A stretch of DNA of 64,000 nucleotides from Octopus vulgaris (taxonomy: Eukaryota). The notes under the pieces were generated by a model, which did no database searches, had not been told where the DNA came from, and saw only the letters and a list, made by a program, of their open reading frames with translations. Location: positions 147,250,001 to 147,314,000 of the forward strand of contig OX597817.1 in NCBI GenBank assembly GCA_951406725.2, in the 5' to 3' direction. The position numbers were made by a program, and so were the translations under genes. Below are positions 59,301 through 64,000 of the stretch, in pieces; position 1 is the stretch's first letter; each line of letters begins with the position of its first letter.

Positions 59301-59924
59301 CCTCCCTATAAAAATCGTGAATCTCAGATTTCAAAATCACAAAGTGTATTTAAAACTTGTAAATTACCGGAAGCAGGTCAATCATAGGCTCACAACGAAA
59401 CAAGGGGCTGATATGGTCTTTCAGCGCTTTAGCTGCTCTTAATACGAATGGTACCTCTGTACAAATCCTCAATTCTGAAAACTATTTGGCTCCTGGTAGT
59501 TGTAGCACCAGACCAATACATGTTTGAAGAATGAAAGGGAGTGGGATTGATTCTGCAGATGAATCCATGCCAATGATAATAATAAACCTCTACTGTCTTG
59601 TGAGATATTTTTTTGTGCGTTTAAAAAGATTAAGAGAGTAAATTCCTGCAGAAAATCCAGAAGGAGGAACCTTCGGACAAATATTTACGGTTATACTTAC
59701 TTAACAATTATCTGGTATCGTCTGTTGCTCAAGAGATGCTGCGAATATATTGACTTGTTTTCCTTTCATGGCATAGCCTTAAGTGGGGAGGTAGCAGTTA
59801 TACTCGAGGCTAGGCACTTGCAGAGATGGTTAAATTACTATCTCTGCAATACCGTCGACAAAAAATAAAAATGGCCAGCCAGATATCTGTCTAGTCATCG
59901 ATTCTTTCAAACTACAACACTGTC

Positions 59925-60184
59925 TGTTGTGTCTGGGGAGAGTCATTTTCTTTTTGTTATTTACGCTGAGTGTAAATAACGGACAGAGTCAATACTATTG
60001 AAAAGGTGGCAAGACGCAAAGAAAATTTTAGGAAAATAAAAATAAGAAAAAAAGTGGGAATTTTACCGGTGAGTGTGTTACATTGTAAGACACAAAAAGA
60101 AAATGACTCTTCCCAGACGCAACAGAATATGCTTCAACACACGAAATCATATAAGAATCTTGCAAACCGAATCCAAAAACGAAA
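59925..60184 (+). mobile_element. Second copy of the U3-A8 hammerhead fold-back family, with 12-bp TSD
   Basis: Matches 40534-40856; TACAACACTGTC at 59913-59924 and 60185-60196. Confidence 0.75.
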
Positions 60185-60498
60185 TACAACACTGTCATTT
60201 TACCATAATTCTTTCATACGGTTGTTATACAACTTTCATTATTTCAATCGCTGAAACTCATAGACATACAGTTTATCATGCAGTTAGTTATACAACTTTT
60301 AGTAGCTTACTTTGTAATACACATAGTTACAGACTTCCACTGATTGCTTTCATCATCTTTCTGTCTTTCCTGATGAAGACCTCCGCCTCCATTAGAAACT
60401 TTATACTCTCTTTTTTTCCTATCAACACAGTAACACACATTTCTTTTTATTTACATTTCAAATATTTATTGAATATATAATATCTCTATCAATATGCA

Positions 60499-60529
<31 letters not shown>

Positions 60530-60602
60530 GCATATATACATATATATATATGTAGGTGTGTGTGCGTGTGTGTACGTATATATACACATATACAAATATA
60601 TA

Positions 60603-60729
<127 letters not shown>

Positions 60730-61012
60730 AAGCAAAAAGCAAAAACAAAAAATAAAGCGTTTAATCGTATTCAGACTTGGCGCGCAATCAATCCAGCTGC
60801 CATTTAGTCTAGTCAGTGACATTAAAAATATTATGCTCTGACTAGCTGAAGTCATCAATAATGTAAATCACATTATTATCATTTTACTTCTCTGTCCTAC
60901 ACCAGTATCATTCCGGACGTAATCCTATATATGGCTGACCAATATCATTAAACATGGAAGTCTTTTAGTGACAAATTAGTCTGGAATACAATATTTTAGA
61001 CGCATACTACTG

Positions 61013-61068
<56 letters not shown>

Positions 61069-61221
61069 GAAAAGCAGACGGCAGATACTTTACAGAACTT
61101 TTCGCTGGAATCTCCTCACTGATGACGTGAGAGGAAATGTAAAAATGTCACGTTTTCATTAACAGTTATTTTTTTAATGAATAATGATAATGATGATGAT
61201 AATAATAATAATAATAATAAT

Positions 61222-61280
<59 letters not shown>

Positions 61281-61281
<1 letters not shown>

Positions 61282-61776
61282 TCTCATGGTTTCTGATCTT
61301 AACTGGTTGGAAATGTGATCATGTACATTGTTTTGTCTTGGTATAAAAGATGGGCTACAGCAAATATTCTGTTCAATACCACAGATTTTCTTATCAGTTG
61401 TTTGACCTTAACCAGTTGACCATGTCCCTTAGTGGCTGACGATATGTGCATCTCTGGTCACGAGCAGAAGTAGTGGGGGAGCATCATAGCCATGTGTTGA
61501 AAGGGATTCTTTGGGGTTTGAATAATTCACCTCTGGAAACATGGGTGTTTCATTCAACATCCTTAAGCAACTCTTATTCAAGGACCTTTTGATCGGGATA
61601 GATTACTCAACCTGCAAAGTCATGCGCTGTTTATCTTGATATGAGATCACCATGTCGCGCACATATGGTTATGATCCATGTACCTGGTGTACCCTTATCA
61701 GACCTGTAGTCATGATGGGTATACTGGGCTTCGTATATTTTACCCCAGTGTCACTTTGATGACATGCACTGCTCTC
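61281..61776 (+). mobile_element. ~500-bp (TAA)n-associated element
   Basis: Reverse complement of 48779-49327; (AAT)n on both sides. Confidence 0.88.
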
Positions 61777-61798
61777 AATAATAATAATAATAATAATG

Positions 61799-61867
<69 letters not shown>

Positions 61868-61871
<4 letters not shown>

Positions 61872-62378
61872 GAAACAGAGAGCCTAATTGTGGCAGTCCA
61901 ATCTCAAGCGATAAAAACAAACAACTTGAGAAAAAATATGTATGAAGAGAACGTGTCATAAAAATGTAGAGCCTGTGGAACTAGGAACGAGACAGTGGCA
62001 CACATTGTGGAAGAATGCCCGAAAAATATTAAAAAATGTAAGAACATAAGAAATAGAGACATGACCAAGTTGTAACAGTTTTAAACTGGAAACAGTGCCG
62101 AAAATGAGGATTTGGAGGTGGAAACACATGGCGCAATCATCGAATCGAAAGAGTACCTGAGTCGGAGAAATGTAAGATTTTGTTGGACTTTCCTATTCAA
62201 ACGGACAAGAAGTTAGAAAATAATAGACAACATATAACGATTATTGATAAGGAAAGGCAAAGCTGCTTACTTATCGACCAATAATGCCCATTTGATTCTA
62301 GGATCATAAAGAAAGAGAAAGAAAAGCAAAGAAAATACAATCCGTTAAAGTTTGAAATAGGTAGAATTTGGAGCATGC
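61868..62378 (+). mobile_element. Dong/R4 RLE fragment, divergent family
   Basis: CRACG..NETVAHIVEEC..RHD..ILLDFPIQTD. Confidence 0.8.
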
Positions 62379-62379
62379 A

Positions 62380-63256
62380 CTTCAGCTATCATCTCGGACG
62401 GGCAATGCCGGCAACAAGAGTTCCACTGCGGATTTCTATAGCGGGATAGTGGGATCGAAGTCCGATGACGCCTTGGGGGATAACTTGGGTACGATGAAAG
62501 TCAGTTGATCAACCTTTTCAGAAGAACGTTTGGGCCGGGGTACCTGGATAATTACCAGAAATCCCTGGCTTGGCAGTTCTTCCGTGCGGCGTTACCAGTT
62601 CGTGATAAACTGTCAAGGCACGGAAGTGCCGTCTCACCAACATGCCCAAGGTGCGAGCAGGATAAAGAAACCGTCTTGCACGCATTCGTGGAATGTCCGG
62701 AATTATCGGGACTGATAGTTTTTACAGAACAACTGTCATCGATGGGAAGACTACAGCTATGAGCTGAGTCCTTCATCGAGATTGTACCGCCTCCTTCTCT
62801 TAGCGGGAAGAGGAAGGCCTGTTTTTTTCTGCGTTGTGGCCATATTGAAAAAAACAGTATGGAAGATGCGGTTGAAAGGAATTGTGATGGGTACCTTCGT
62901 ATCTGGCCAGGCGATAGTCAACCTTTTTAGTAACCATCTCAGCAGTAAAATCAGGCTGGAGAAGAGGTACCTGCCACGTGAAAGATTCAGAAAAAGATGG
63001 AAGCTTGCGAAGGGAAAGCTGGGAGTAACTGGCACCAAGTGAGCGGAGCCACGGAAAGAAAGCAAAGGGTCTGCTCTGGTGTAGGATGCCTTTCACTCAT
63101 GTTAAACATTGCTTAGGGCAATGTATTCATTTTAAATCTCATCTGTATGATAATCATTGTTAATTTTTAATCGTTTAAAGCTACTTCACCCTTTTTATGT
63201 TTGTCCTTGTCCGTCCCCTCTATGTATTGCCTTATGGCAAATATTATGAAATAAAG
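62380..63256 (+). mobile_element. L1/Tx1 3' fragment, second family
   Basis: FGPGYLDNYQKSLAW..ALPVRDKL..CPRC..ETVLHAFVEC, homologous to 27400-27600. Confidence 0.88.
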
Positions 63257-63700
63257 TAGCTTGCTTATCAACCACATGGTTCCGGATTCAATCCCACTGC
63301 GTGGCACCTTGGGCATGTGTCTTCTACTTTAGCTTCGGGCCGACCAGAGCCTTGTGAGTGGATTTGGTAGACGAAAACTGAAAGAAGCCTGTCGTATATA
63401 TATATGTATGTGTGTGTGTGTGTGTTTGTATGTGTGTGAGTGTGTGTGTGTGAGTGTGTGTGTGTGTGTGTGCGTGCGTGTGTATTTGTGTGTCTGTGTT
63501 TGTCCCCCCACAATCGTTTGACAATCGGACAATCTATGTTGCTTTGTTTATGTCCCCGTAGCATAGCGGTTAGGCAAAGACACCGATAAAATAAGTACTA
63601 GGCTTACAAATAATAAGTCCTGGGGTCGATTTGTTCGACTAAAAGGCGGTGTTCCAGCATGGCTGCAGTCAAATGACTGAAGCAAATAAAAGAGTAAAAG
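63257..63700 (+). mobile_element. SINE family A
   Basis: Sequence match. Confidence 0.9.
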
Positions 63701-64000
63701 AAATGAACGTAGACACAAACGTCCAATCACCAACGACGATGGCCAACATTAATCGTTCACCGAAAATTTCGCATCATACTTTCGATAAAATGAACTCACA
63801 TTCACACATAATAGTCTAACATGCATGCATGCACGCTAACTCACACGTTGAAACACACTCGTCCACATACATGCCAACAAAACCATATAATTGTGACTTT
63901 GTACATACGCGTTCACAATCCACCGCTTGTTGATCTGTGTCCCGTCATACTATCAATTGGATCCGTGAAACGGAATTCCCCTTATCGGGTTTTGCTATCT

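Noticed and set aside
60370-60410. CTGATGAAGA...GAAAC motif
   Set aside because: Stems I-III do not pair convincingly; at best a very old relic

Overview
AT-rich animal genomic DNA packed with microsatellites and transposons. The repeat families (abundant tRNA-derived SINEs, Dong/R4, L1/Tx1, RTE, Penelope-like, Tc1/mariner) look like an octopus or other coleoid cephalopod genome (inference). No host gene can be confidently called, and most ORFs in the track are microsatellite translations. Real coding remnants are all transposon-derived: a Dong/R4 LINE (7.7-10 kb) with many 3' fragments in (TAA)n, an L1/Tx1 LINE (24.9-28.3 kb) in (CTAT)n, DNA transposase relics, and RTE, APE and GIY-YIG fragments. 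The most interesting signal is non-coding: several distinct small elements, mostly inside (TA)n tracts, carry hammerhead-ribozyme (HHR) motifs. They include a 445-bp-period retrozyme-like repeat with a canonical HHR, long fold-back elements with variant HHR cores (U3-A8, C9), and a tRNA-headed SINE with an HHR-like tail and an inverted 5' duplication. A SINE subfamily also shares its 3' tail with the Tx1 LINE and repeatedly inserts at the same motifs. All alignments and folds were done by eye, and repeat boundaries are approximate.
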